The position numbers were made by a program, and so were the translations under genes. A stretch of 64,000 nt of DNA from Acidobacteriota bacterium (GTDB lineage Bacteria > Acidobacteriota > UBA6911 > RPQK01 > JADFOI01), in the NCBI GenBank assembly GCA_963663035.1, contig OY760074.1, forward strand, positions 2,464,001 to 2,528,000. The letters are read 5' to 3'. Positions within the stretch are counted from its first letter, which is position 1, and each line of letters starts with the position of its first letter. The notes below the pieces were generated by a model. That model saw only the letters and a list, made by a program, of their open reading frames with translations, made no database searches and was not told where the DNA came from. Shown one piece after another: positions 50,311 through 60,900 of this stretch.

Positions 50311-51577
50311 TGACCTGCCCCCACGAACGAGTCCACCCTCTATGCTAGACCCGGGACCATTTGAAGTCCACTCCAAGGGATTGGATCCAGTGCCTGCGAC
50401 CTAGGTAGTTTGGCCTCTGGCGCCGGCGGCCGATAGGCCAAGGCGCTTTGAGGCCGGATCTGATTGTAATCCCTCCGCCAGCGTTCTACCAACACCTTGG
50501 CTTCCCCCAGCGTGTCGAAGATCTCCATGTTCAGCAGCTCATCCCGTAGTTTCCCGTTGAAACTCTCAATGTACCCATTCTCCCAGGGGCTGCCCGGCTC
50601 GATGTACAAGGTCCTTACCCCAACAGCCTGCAGCCAGTCCCGGACCGCCTGTGCCGTAAACTCCGATCCGTTATCGGACCGGATAAACTCAGGCACTCCC
50701 CGATCAACGAATAACTCCGCCAGCCGGTCCAACACGTCTTGGTGATTCATCTGCCGTTTCACATCAATGGCGAGGCACTCTCTGGTGTACTCATCCAGGA
50801 TCGTCAATAGCCGAAAGGCTCGCCCATCATGGGTCCGTTCATGCACGAAATCATAGCTCCAGACGTGGTTCTTGCGAGCCGCTCGTAACCGAACACAGGA
50901 ACCGTCATTAAGCCACAGCCTCCTTCGTTTCGGCTGTCTGGACGGGACTTTCAGCCCTTCTTGTCTCCACAGCCTCTCCACCCGCTTAGGATTCACCTTC
51001 CACCCTTCCCCATGAAGTATCGCCGTGACCCGCCGGTAGCCATAACGCCCGTATTGCGTAGCCAACTCCACCATCCGGGCCACCAATCGGGCCTCATCAT
51101 CGGGAATTTGCCTTTCCCTTCGCTGGGTCGATCGAACCTGTCCCAGCACTTGGCAGGCCCGACGTTCGGAGACTCGCTCTGCTCCTAATCGCTCTCGTAC
51201 CCACATCACCGCTCGTCTCCTGTTCGCCGGGCCTAGAAGTTTCCCGAGGACACTTCCTTCAGGATCTGCTTGTCCAAAGACAGATCCGCCACCAGCTTCT
51301 TCAACCGGGTATTCTCCTTCTCCAACACCTTCAACCTCTTGGCCTGGTCCAACCGGAGCCCTCCGTACTCTTTGCGCCACCGGTAGTAGGTCTGCTCGCT
51401 CACCCCCATCTGCTTCGACACCTGTCCCACCCTCTGTCCTTGGGCCAGACCCACCTCTGCCTCACGCAGCTTCATGATGATCTGTTCTGCCCTAAACCGC
51501 TTCCCTGCCATCCTTGCCTCCTTCCTAAACCGGAAATCCTAACATTCAAACTGGACTCGTTTTAGGGGGCAAGGTCA
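50311..51577 (-). mobile_element. IS3-family element, copy 4 (inverted)
   Basis: Same IRs and ORFs on the minus strand; RPHSAL to RPQSAL substitution. Confidence 0.97.
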
Positions 51578-51851
51578 TGGCCGAGAAGACAATGTCAACC
51601 TTGGTTTACAGATGTCGACACCCGTTGACTTGAATAGAGCCCCCCGGTCTGGGCCAGATATCCATATAGAGTGGTGTCTATAGGATTTGGCGCAATATAT
51701 GGGCGCGATGTGGGCAGGCAGGATTGGCACGCTATTTGCTGTGATCACCATCACAAATTGGCGCGTGATCCTAATCACACAGCTGCGTTCGAAACCAGAA
51801 GTAGGAAGAGATCTGCGCGCGATTGTATGGAGGCTAACGAAAGGGAGGCTA

Positions 51852-52048
51852 ATGAAAGCGAAAAACAAAGTAATTCAATCCATCATTATGGGCACAGTGG
51901 CGGCCATTCTGTTCATTGGCGGCACTGAGGCGCTGGGTGAGACCATCCTTGTCGATATTGCACCCTGCTCGGACATAGGGATAGGGAACCCCTTCTGTAC
52001 CATCCAGGAAGCGGTAGACGCTGCCGTCCCAGGCGATACGATTGAAAT
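51852..52048 (+). pseudogene. 5' part of a secreted beta-helix protein interrupted by the IS1595 element
   Basis: GGAGG RBS, signal peptide, PFCTIQEAVDAAVPGDTIE; joins in frame to IAAGTYTEN after 54959. Confidence 0.88.
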
Positions 52049-52081
52049 GGGAAGTATATACGATAGTGCCCAAGAGAGGGG

Positions 52082-52255
52082 CTATCCCCTCTTGTTCGGC
52101 TTGTAGTTGGCAACCGCCTTTGCCAGCTTCTCAGGCGTGGCATCAGGGATGCTCAAGTCTTTTTCAAGCTCAGCCTTGGTTGGATGGTGCTTACTGGCGT
52201 CCCATTGGGTGGACCGGGGGCTGATTTTGTTGTGGATGTTACCCTTCTTCTTCAT
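52082..52255 (-). CDS. 57-aa passenger ORF next to the element terminus
   Basis: AAAGGAG RBS; MKKKGNIHNKISPRSTQWDASKHHPTKAELEKDLSIPDATPEKLAKAVANYKPNKRG*. Confidence 0.6.
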   Translation of the reverse strand: MKKKGNIHNKISPRSTQWDASKHHPTKAELEKDLSIPDATPEKLAKAVANYKPNKRG

Positions 52256-52543
52256 GCTTTTTCTCCTTTTGTGAACGTAAAGAATGGGATAATATAGGGA
52301 AAGAGGTTCAGGGTCACGCCGAAATACAAGGTCGTATTCGCGAATGGGGAAAAACGAAATTTGACAGTTAAAGCAGAAATTATCAGTGAAGCAAAGCCTT
52401 CCTTGCTAAAATTCAAGACTGCCGGAGGCGATCTGGTTGCCATTGTTCCTCTTGAAAAAATCCTCTATGTCGTTGAAATAAAAGAAGATGAATAGAGCTA
52501 TATCCCTCTACTTTCCTAAAATAGGATTATCCCACTGCTTGTT

Positions 52544-53113
52544 CTAATCAGCGGTTATCATCGCCTCCACGCATGTTTCCTTTGCCCTTACGTACATACG
52601 TTGACGAGCCTGCAAATTGGCAGTGCTTTTGGCAACCGGTAAGAGGGAATTAACCATCGCATCGACGTCGTCTGCCTTCATGCTCATCACCAGCCACGCC
52701 GTGGTCTCGGATTCCTCCGCCGAGGCGATATTCAATTTCTGGACGGCAATCTTGAAACACGGATGGACAACATGCGTAATAATCTCGCTCCGATAGTCTG
52801 AAGTCGCTGGGGCAGCAGTGGCCGGTTTTGCAGGAAGCGACCAGTTTGGGAACATACCCAGTCCCTTTGATCCACCACAGCCGCCATCAACATGCCCAAG
52901 AGTATGTCCAGTTTCACGGCAGTGCCAGACGCGATTGAATATCTCGTCTGATCCAATCAGATCCATCTCCACATAGGGAGACGGGCACTGGAAGTGTGCG
53001 GGAGGCGGATTTTCACTTTCAGCACAAGGTTGGGGTAAGTGACCTTGGCCCAAGGCCACAAGGGGAACAAACGAAAAAGAGATGGCCGTTAGGGCTACGA
53101 GGATGGTCTTCAT
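52544..53113 (-). CDS. Secreted Cys-containing passenger protein, unknown function
   Basis: 189-aa ORF, Sec signal peptide, six Cys. Confidence 0.65.
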   Translation of the reverse strand: MKTILVALTAISFSFVPLVALGQGHLPQPCAESENPPPAHFQCPSPYVEMDLIGSDEIFNRVWHCRETGHTLGHVDGGCGGSKGLGMFPNWSLPAKPATAAPATSDYRSEIITHVVHPCFKIAVQKLNIASAEESETTAWLVMSMKADDVDAMVNSLLPVAKSTANLQARQRMYVRAKETCVEAMITAD

Positions 53114-53302
53114 GTCGCGGTATCTTTTCTGAAATACTCAAGCAGATCAAGAATGGTATTATAAGAGACAGACGGACCAGCGTTCGATTGGGGGTTGGTA
53201 AACCCCAATCGAACGCTGAAGACTAGCGGTAAACTCAATTGGATGATCTCCAGTTCAAATTGTACCCCGGTTAGTCGTTGTCCGTCAAACAGGATAAGAT
53301 CG

Positions 53303-53584
53303 ATGGCAGGCGCACAACATGCTGGCTGGACGCTAAGACAAGCAGAAAAGGCTGTTGAATTAGCCAGAAAGGTAGGGCGTCCATTGACATTCTTTGCCGC
53401 AATTGGATTTCTTTTGATTGTTATTATCCCGATCCTCTACGGAATGACACCCAATAACCCTCCCATTGGGTTGTCCATTGCTCTATCCCTGGTGTGTTTG
53501 GCCCTGTCCGTGGATATCGTCTGTGTCCTGATCTGGGCCAAGGCCAAGCTGAAACAAAACCCGAATGCCTTCCAGGACGAATAG
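53303..53584 (+). CDS. Small two-TM passenger protein
   Basis: AGGA RBS; two hydrophobic segments. Confidence 0.5.
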   Translation: MAGAQHAGWTLRQAEKAVELARKVGRPLTFFAAIGFLLIVIIPILYGMTPNNPPIGLSIALSLVCLALSVDIVCVLIWAKAKLKQNPNAFQDE

Positions 53585-53610
53585 GGCCTATTCCTTACAC
53601 TGTCTGACAA

Positions 53611-54555
53611 CTACGACACCAAGTCTTGATAGCGCAACCGCTTCCCGTCCATACCCTTGACCATGACCTTCATCTGGTCGATGGTATCAAGCTGGCGCAT
53701 GTTGTGACGCCCTGAGAACTCATCGACATACCGTTGCAGGTGCTTCTCGCTCATGCGATGGTAGGTTCCGTAGTAGCCCCGCTTCAGCATGGCCCAGAAG
53801 GATTCGATGCCATTCGTGTGGGCCTGGCCTTTGACGTACTCCCTGACACTGTGACGGACGGAACTATGCTCAAAATCCAGCCATAGCCGATTGTAACCGC
53901 CGTGGTCGTCCGTGTAGACGGTTGATCCTGGCTTGACACGATCCTGGATAAACCCTTCGAGATTTTCCTGGGTGGTTCCCTGGATGACGGTGGCACTGAC
54001 ACGGTTGGTTTCCCGATCCTTGGCACCAGCGACAGGAGTTTTACCCACGGCCCCACGTCCGGCATTGAGCTTTTTGGAGTTTCGCTTGTTCTTCTCCTTG
54101 CCACCGATGTAGGTTTCGTCCACTTCAACCGGACCCGAGAAAAGTCCCTTATCCTTTGTCCAGGATTCTCTGAGCCTATGGCCGATAAACCAGGCTGTTT
54201 TCTGAGTGATCCCCAGGTCTCGGTGCAGCTTCATGCTGGATACGCCTTTGATTCCAGTGCTGAGTAGGTACATGGCGATGACCCAGGTCTGGAATCCAAG
54301 GTTAGACCCCTCCATAGCGGTTCCTGTCTTGGCACTGAAACGCTTGCGGCAGTCTCGGCATCGGTAGGGCATGGTGGGATGCTTGGCTCCGGTCTGGACA
54401 TTCACCGATCCGCAATGAGGGCAGGCAATCCCATTCGGCCACCGTTGCCCGACAAACCACTTCTCAGCCGTAGAATCATCGGGGAACATCTTGAAGAATG
54501 CTTTTACTGAAAGCCCTTTGCGGTGGCTCTTTCCAGGTTCTTTGTGCTTATCCAT
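53611..54555 (-). CDS. IS1595-family transposase
   Basis: Zn ribbon CPHC...CRDC, HTH (SSMKLHRDLGITQKTAW), VEVDETYIGG, VYTD and HTNGIESFW motifs. Confidence 0.95.
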   Translation of the reverse strand: MDKHKEPGKSHRKGLSVKAFFKMFPDDSTAEKWFVGQRWPNGIACPHCGSVNVQTGAKHPTMPYRCRDCRKRFSAKTGTAMEGSNLGFQTWVIAMYLLSTGIKGVSSMKLHRDLGITQKTAWFIGHRLRESWTKDKGLFSGPVEVDETYIGGKEKNKRNSKKLNAGRGAVGKTPVAGAKDRETNRVSATVIQGTTQENLEGFIQDRVKPGSTVYTDDHGGYNRLWLDFEHSSVRHSVREYVKGQAHTNGIESFWAMLKRGYYGTYHRMSEKHLQRYVDEFSGRHNMRQLDTIDQMKVMVKGMDGKRLRYQDLVS

Positions 54556-54780
54556 GGGTACTATTATAGTATTCAAGGGTGACATTTTTGGGGGGTTCTG
54601 CTGTTCTTTGTAGGAACGTCAGTCCAGGTCAATAAGATGGGAGCGTGCCGTGTGGCAGGAGCCGTTTTAAGGCTCGGCTCCTGCCAGAAAAAGGCTGAGT
54701 GGAAACTGACAAACCCACTCTACCTATTTCGTCTGACAAAGAAGCGGCCCCAAGATTGGCTTGCCTGTAGAAGCCTTTCC

Positions 54781-54861
54781 GGGGGCCGCCCTATGGGGTC
54801 GGCTTGGCGCGGCTTTGGACTCCAAATCTGCCAGCCGAGGGTTCGAATCCCTCCGCCTCCA
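54781..54861 (+). ncRNA. tRNA-like / degenerate tRNA sequence (Trp-type CCA anticodon loop)
   Basis: Perfect T-arm GAGGG-TTCGAAT-CCCTC, loop CTCCAAA, acceptor GGGGGC/GCCTCC-A; D region oversized and anticodon stem weak. Confidence 0.5.
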
Positions 54862-54951
54862 CTCGCACAGTCTATTCCCTGCTGTCTGACACGACAAGGG
54901 TATATTCACCTGAAAGGTGGGATCTCTTGGGTACTATCGTATATAATTCCC

Positions 54952-56850
54952 ATTGAAATCGCTGCAGGGACTTACACCGAGAACGTCATCATCAACAAGA
55001 ACGTGATACTTCTAGGAGCCGGCTCAGGCGTCGATGGCACTTTCGTTGATGGTGGTGGGGCGGGAACCGTTATCACTATAGACCCTGGCGTGACCGTGAC
55101 CATCTCTGACATGAGCATAGTGAACGGTAGCGCCTTCCTTGGAGGCGGCATCTCGAACTTCGGGACGCTCACCCTGGGAAAGAGCGCCGTCAGCGGCAAC
55201 ACGGCTGACTGCGGAGGCGGCATCTCGAACTTCGGGACGCTCACTCTTGAAAACAGCACCGTCAGCGGCAACACGGCTAGCCGCGGAGGGGGTATCGAAA
55301 ACCAATGGATACTCACTATGATCAACAGTACCGTCAGCGACAACATGGCTGCTACCTTCGGAGGGGGCATCGAGAACGTTGACGGCATGGCCGAACTAAT
55401 CAACAGCACCGTCAGCGGTAATACGGCAACCGTGGGTGGTGGCGGCATCATAAACTTAGGCTTGAGTGTACTCACGTTCAGGAATACCACCGTCAGCAAC
55501 AACACGGTGGCAGAGGTGGGATTCGGCGGGGGCATCTTCAACCTTGCCCTGGCGGACTTTGGAAACACCATCATCGCCGACAATCTCGACGGGGTGGCAA
55601 ACCCCGACGACCTCGGTAACCCCAGTAACTGTTATCCGTTCTCTCCCATCGACTCCATCGGGTTCAACCTGGACAGCGATAGCACATGCGTGCTCATGGG
55701 ACCAATGGACCTATTCGACGCAGAGCCCAAGCTGGGCCCACTGGCTGAGAACGATGGCACCACCTTCACCCACGCGCTGCTTTCAGGCAGTCCGGCCATC
55801 GACATGGGCAACGACGTGGATGGCTGCACGGACGCCGCCGGCGTCCTCCTGACAACCGACCAGCGGGGCAAACCGCGGCCGGACACGGACACTGGCCTAT
55901 GTGATATTGGGGCCTTTGAAGTCCAGGCTGCAGCATTGCCGTTTGACGACTTCCTCTCCTATCAGATCAGACCATCAAAGCGCGCCAGAAATCGTGGTCA
56001 TGATGGTGATGATGATGACGACGATGACGATGATGGTTTTCGTCATAAGACTGGGAAAGTCTCTCTGAAGGATCAGTTTGCCGAGAGGACCTTTCGAGTG
56101 GTGAACCCCGTGGCTCTGCTGCGTCCCGCTGTCGCTCAGCAGGAAGACGGAGCGATTGGAGAGCCCTTCGATTCGGAAACTAGCCTCATTGGATACAAAG
56201 TTTTAGGCCCCTGGCGCCATCGCCCCCGGGTTAAAAATATCGAGGTGACGAACCAGTTCACGGAGAAGTTCGGTGAGCTTTCCGTGGACCTGTTCATAGC
56301 TGACCGTCTCCTGGTACCAGCCTCGCAGAGCTTGGACCAGGAACCAGCTGCCCCCGTCATCGCTGACATCAACGTTGACCACTTTTTGTGTTACACAGTC
56401 AGACAGAGCCGGAACACTCCCAGGTTCCCAAGGAACATCAAAGTCTCTGTAGACGACCAGCTGAACGATTCAGCGAAGTTGTACGTCGTGACTAAACCGA
56501 CCCAGCTCTGCACTCCAGTTGACAAAAACGATGAACTGAGAAAAAACGCAGAGAACAACCTCATGTGCTACAGCATCAGACCGGCCAGGCGCCAACCCAG
56601 GCACGAAAGAATAGAAGGCCTCTGGGTGAGTGACCAGTTTGGTTCCATGCAAGTGGACACGCGAACGGAAAAGGAGTTGTGCGTACCATCAACCATAGTT
56701 GTTCCTGAGGTTGACCAGGATGATCACAGGGACGACCGGCAGCGCGACCGTGACAACGATGACGATGATGATGATGACGACGATGACGATGATGACGACG
56801 ACGACGATGGTGACCACGGCGACGATGATGATGATGACGACGACGAATAG
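54952..56850 (+). pseudogene. 3' part of the secreted beta-helix (choice-of-anchor Q-like) protein with poly-Asp tracts
   Basis: GGGI.N...NSTVSGNTA repeats, LGPLAENDG.T.THALLSGSPAID, DQRG..R...CDIGAFE, DHFLCY domain and Asp runs. Confidence 0.85.
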
Positions 56851-56999
56851 CACCCCGGGCCTGCTGCAACTGCATCGGACAGTGTAAAGAAGACCAGGCC
56901 ACTGAGATTTAGCAGGGCATGAAGCTTCCGGGTTCCAAGTTCCAGGTTTAAAAAATTTCCTGACTCCTGACCAGCTGTCCCCTCTTTCCCTTCCAAACA

Positions 57000-57075
57000 G
57001 GCCCGTGGGCTAAAGCCCACGGCTCTGTTTGAGCCTCGTCAGCTCCGTCAGAGCCGCAGGCTTTAGCCTGCGGGC
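57000..57075. repeat. REP-like doublet
   Basis: Same two palindromes as 32270-32347. Confidence 0.85.
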
Positions 57076-57229
57076 TGTACTCAAGTTTCTCCTTCTGGCT
57101 TCTGGATTCTGGATTCTCTCTCCTGCCTGCTGCACTCCTTCTTCCTGTCTGTGGTCTCTTGACAGCTGTCAGTTGTCAGCTGTCAGGAGTGGCATTCAAA
57201 CCAATCAGGTGATATAAATGAGGGCCGAA

Positions 57230-57811
57230 ATGAGCCATCAAAAGCTGATTGTGGCCGTCACTGGAGCAACCGGGGCCATCTTTGGGGTTCGTCTTCTGGA
57301 GCTGTTACAGGGTTCGGAGGTCGAGACCCATTTGGTGCTGAGCAAGTGGGCCAAACGCACTCTCACTTACGAAACCCAGTACACCATGGAGCAGGTCCAG
57401 GAGATGGCGACGGAGGTCTATCCACTGCACGATCAGGGAGCCGCCATTTCCAGCGGATCTTTCGTGACAAGCGGAATGGTTGTCATTCCCTGCAGCATGA
57501 GAACGCTTTCCGCCATTGCTCAGGGCGCCGGCGACAATCTCATTCATCGGGCTGCTGATGTCGTCTTGAAGGAACGTCGCAAACTGGTGCTGGTGGCGCG
57601 TGAGTCCCCTTTGAATCAGATTCATCTGGGGAACATGTTGAAACTGGCGCAGATGGGGACTGTCATTCTGCCGCCCGTGCCTGCCTTTTATAACCACCCA
57701 AAAAAAATCGATGACATCGTCAATCATATTGCCGGTCGGGTTCTGGATCAGTTCGAGATTCACCTGGACGTGGTGAACCGCTGGAGCGGCATGGTGTCTT
57801 CGGTTCAGTGA
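57230..57811 (+). CDS. ubiX: Flavin prenyltransferase UbiX
   Basis: VAVTGATGA, ISSGS, PCSMRTLSAIA, RAADVVLKERRKLVL.RESP and PPVPAFY motifs. Confidence 0.96.
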   Translation: MSHQKLIVAVTGATGAIFGVRLLELLQGSEVETHLVLSKWAKRTLTYETQYTMEQVQEMATEVYPLHDQGAAISSGSFVTSGMVVIPCSMRTLSAIAQGAGDNLIHRAADVVLKERRKLVLVARESPLNQIHLGNMLKLAQMGTVILPPVPAFYNHPKKIDDIVNHIAGRVLDQFEIHLDVVNRWSGMVSSVQ

Positions 57812-57837
57812 ATCCTATCTAGGCTTTGGGATTTCTC

Positions 57838-57990
57838 CTAGCCCGCATTTCTCACACCAGGTCGTCGCGAAGCGGCGGAAGGGCCGGCCTGACAAGGCGC
57901 GCGAGGGGTACCCGCTTGCGGGTCGCGAAACGCCGTCAGGTCGGATCATTGCGCCGATGCAGTAGAGCGGGTGTGAGAAGTGCGGGCTAG
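57838..57990. repeat. Palindromic MITE-like element, copy C
   Basis: GCCCGCATTTCTCACACC...GGTGTGAGAAGTGCGGGC; the right end overlaps the TonB receptor stop. Confidence 0.85.
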
Positions 57991-60900
57991 AAGGTATATC
58001 TCAATCCCAGCTGCAGCTGACGGGAAGAACTTGTGGTCGAAAAGATGGTGGCCGCATTCCCCACCGGGATTCCATTGCCAAGGCAGGCGGGATCAGGCGG
58101 AGCCACCGAGCACTCGTCATCCAGGTCATTGAATATAATCACTCCACCACCAGCTCCCCGGTTTTGAGGGTGGGAGAAGTTGGCTCGATTGAGCAGATTG
58201 AAAACCTCCAGCCGGAATTGCAAACCGTGCTGCTCACTCAACTGGACACTCCGTGTCGCACTGACATCCAGTGTGGCAAAGCCGGGGCCGATGAGAGAAT
58301 TGCGGCCCAGCGTACCCAGATGTCCTTCGTCCTGCAATGTAAAGGAAGAGACATCAAAATAGTTGTCAGGGCCCCACAGCACAGGATTGTTATCGGAACC
58401 CGGTACCAGGTCAGGCCGGTGGCCTTCGCGCACGCGGTTGTTCACAATGTCAAAGGACACGTTGGCGCTGAAAGGGTAGCCGCTTGAAATAGTCACAATT
58501 CCAGCCGTCTGCCAGTCGTTGAGCAAGATCCCACTTATACTGCTTTGCGGGAATTGACCGGGCAGGTCCCAGGTGTACTGGAGCACGGCGTTGTGAGCGA
58601 TGTGGAAGTTGGAAAGACCCCGATCGATGCTTCTGTCAAAGTAATAGGTTGCCTCAGGAAGGCTGTTGGTGAACTCTCGCCGATATGCCGAAGCGTCATC
58701 TATGGAACGACCGTAGGTGTAATTGAACAGAAACTGAAAACCCGATTCCCAGCGCCGTGTGAGGCCAACCTGCAGGGAGTTGTAGATGGAGTTCGCATCG
58801 GTGGAGGTCAGGCGAACCGCATCCAGATTCGCATTCGGCCGGGCAGCCGGCCTGGTTCCGAAGTACAGTCTCCCATCAGGGTCAACGGATTGCGGCGCCG
58901 GGATATTGATGTCGCCCACCCGGGGAAGGTGTACCCCGCGAGAACCGAAATACCCCACTCGCAGCACCAGCTGGTGGCCCAGCGATTGCTGCAGCAAGAG
59001 GTGGTATCGCATTACGTAGGGGGTCGACAGATTAAATTCCAGTGCATCCTGGCGCGGGTTTCCACCGTCACCGGCACCCAGCGGATCAGGATACTGAGGA
59101 GGAGGCCGAAAAGTGGTGCGCACGGTCGTAAAGGGACTCTGGATCCGCACCCGGTAGCCAAAAATGTTTTCCCGGATGGGCTCATAAAAAACGCCAAAGC
59201 CACTCCGCAGGACCGTCCGATCGTTTCCACCCACGTTCCAGGCCAGTCCCAGCCGGGGAGCAAAGTTCAAAAGGGAGGGATTTTCAAAAAGAGGATTCCC
59301 TTCGGTGGGAGCGGGATCATTGATATTCCGGAGGTTAGAGATCCGGTCATTCTTTTCGGTGGGCACCGTAAACCACTCGTAGCGCAGACCGTAACTGAGG
59401 GACAGGGCTGGGGTCCAGCGGTATTGATCGTGGACATAAAGCGCAAACAGGTCCTGCCGATACTCTCTGTGTGAATCGGCATCCGCCTGGGCACCGATAA
59501 AACGCTGGGGAACGTTGGTCAGGAAATCTTCCAGGTTTTCATAGACCAGCAGCCCGTCAAAGAAAAACTTGTAGTCACCGGCACTGGTCTGGTGCTTCCA
59601 GTCAAACCCCCAGCGAAGATCGTGATCGCCAGAAGTAAACTGAAAACCATTACTCACCTGATACTGCTGAAAGGGGAAATTCACGTCAGCGGTGTCGGTC
59701 CCGAAGCTGGTGAGCCCGCGAATGTTGATCCGTCCCATGTTGGGACGGCTGGGAATTAAGGGCGGCGTAGCCGCCAGCTCCGGAGTGCTGGCCACGCTTT
59801 CACTGGTGTAGGCACCTCGATTGTAAGCGAACTGAGCGGTGTGCAGGAGCCGTGAGGAAAACAGATGAGTCTCCTCCACGGCGAGATACTGACTACGGGA
59901 ATTGAGGTCACTGTCAAACCCCTCAATACTCACCTCAAAGGGAGCCAGCTTCTCGCTGTCCTGGAGGGTATAACGAACGAAAAGCGAATCGTTCGATCCC
60001 AGTCGAAAATCGGTACGAGCATTGAAGTGCTGGTCGTCGGTGGGCACTTGCTGCTGAAAGACATACTCGGCACTGCCATCTCCGAAGTCCCTCCCCACAG
60101 CCCGGGGATAGAGATTCAAAAGGGGTTTGATATCGTCTGAGACAGTGACAGAACCACTGGGCAAATCCCCCAGCCGAGCGGCATCGGTAGGCACCGTGTT
60201 GAAAAGAGTGAGCCCCATGCGTTCTCGCAAACCCTCATAGCTGAAGAAGAAGGTGTTTTCCTGCCCGGGCAGTGGCCCTCCGATTGAACCCCCATACTGG
60301 TCGCGGCTCAGGGGCGGAGGATCGCTGCGCTGGGTGGGATTGGAGGGATCTCTGTCGAAAAAGTTGCGGGCATCCAGAGCACTGTCTCGAAAGTACTCAA
60401 AAACTGATCCGTGAAAGTCGCGGGTTCCCCGGCGCGTGATGATGCTGACCGTGGCACCTCCACTTCCCCCCAGGTAGGCGGGATAGGCGTCATTGAGAAC
60501 CTCAAATTCCTGGACCGAGTCCATTCCCAGCAGCACTCCCGAAACTCCTCCGGGTGTGGACTTGAGAATGGGGTGTTGAATATCCATCCCATCCAGCAAA
60601 TACTCCGTGCCTCTTGCCCCATTGCCACTGATCTCTGCAGTCGTCCCATTCAGGGCACGGGTGTCCTTGGCACGCACCGGGATCATTCCGGGGGCCAGGA
60701 GAGCCAGACTGTCCAGGCTGCGGCCATTGATGGGCAGAGATGAGAGAGAAACCTCGTTGATGAGGGAGCTCAGGTGAGGGCTGGACAGATCCAATGGCGC
60801 GACCTCGCCCACCACCGTAATGGACTGCTCTGCATCCTGAACCTCCAGTGTCAGATCCAGCGAAATGGCCTGTCCGGCGCTCAAGGAGAGGTTCTTTTGC

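Larger units (their letters stand above)
52049..54951 (-). mobile_element. IS1595-family element with passenger genes (2903 bp)
   Basis: 29-bp IRs GGGAAGTATATACGATAGTGCCCAAGAGA / TCTCTTGGGTACTATCGTATATAATTCCC; 8-bp target duplication ATTGAAAT at 52041-52048 and 54952-54959. Confidence 0.95.

Noticed and set aside
54781-54861. Functional canonical tRNA-Trp or prophage att site
   Set aside because: Weak anticodon stem and oversized D region; no integrase or second att copy in the window; kept only as tRNA-like
57090-57190. Short heptamer-like repeats (TTCTGGA, CTGTCAG)
   Set aside because: Only 2-3 degenerate intergenic units with no supportable function
58545-59474. 309-aa plus-strand ORF
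   Set aside because: Antisense to the well-supported TonB receptor
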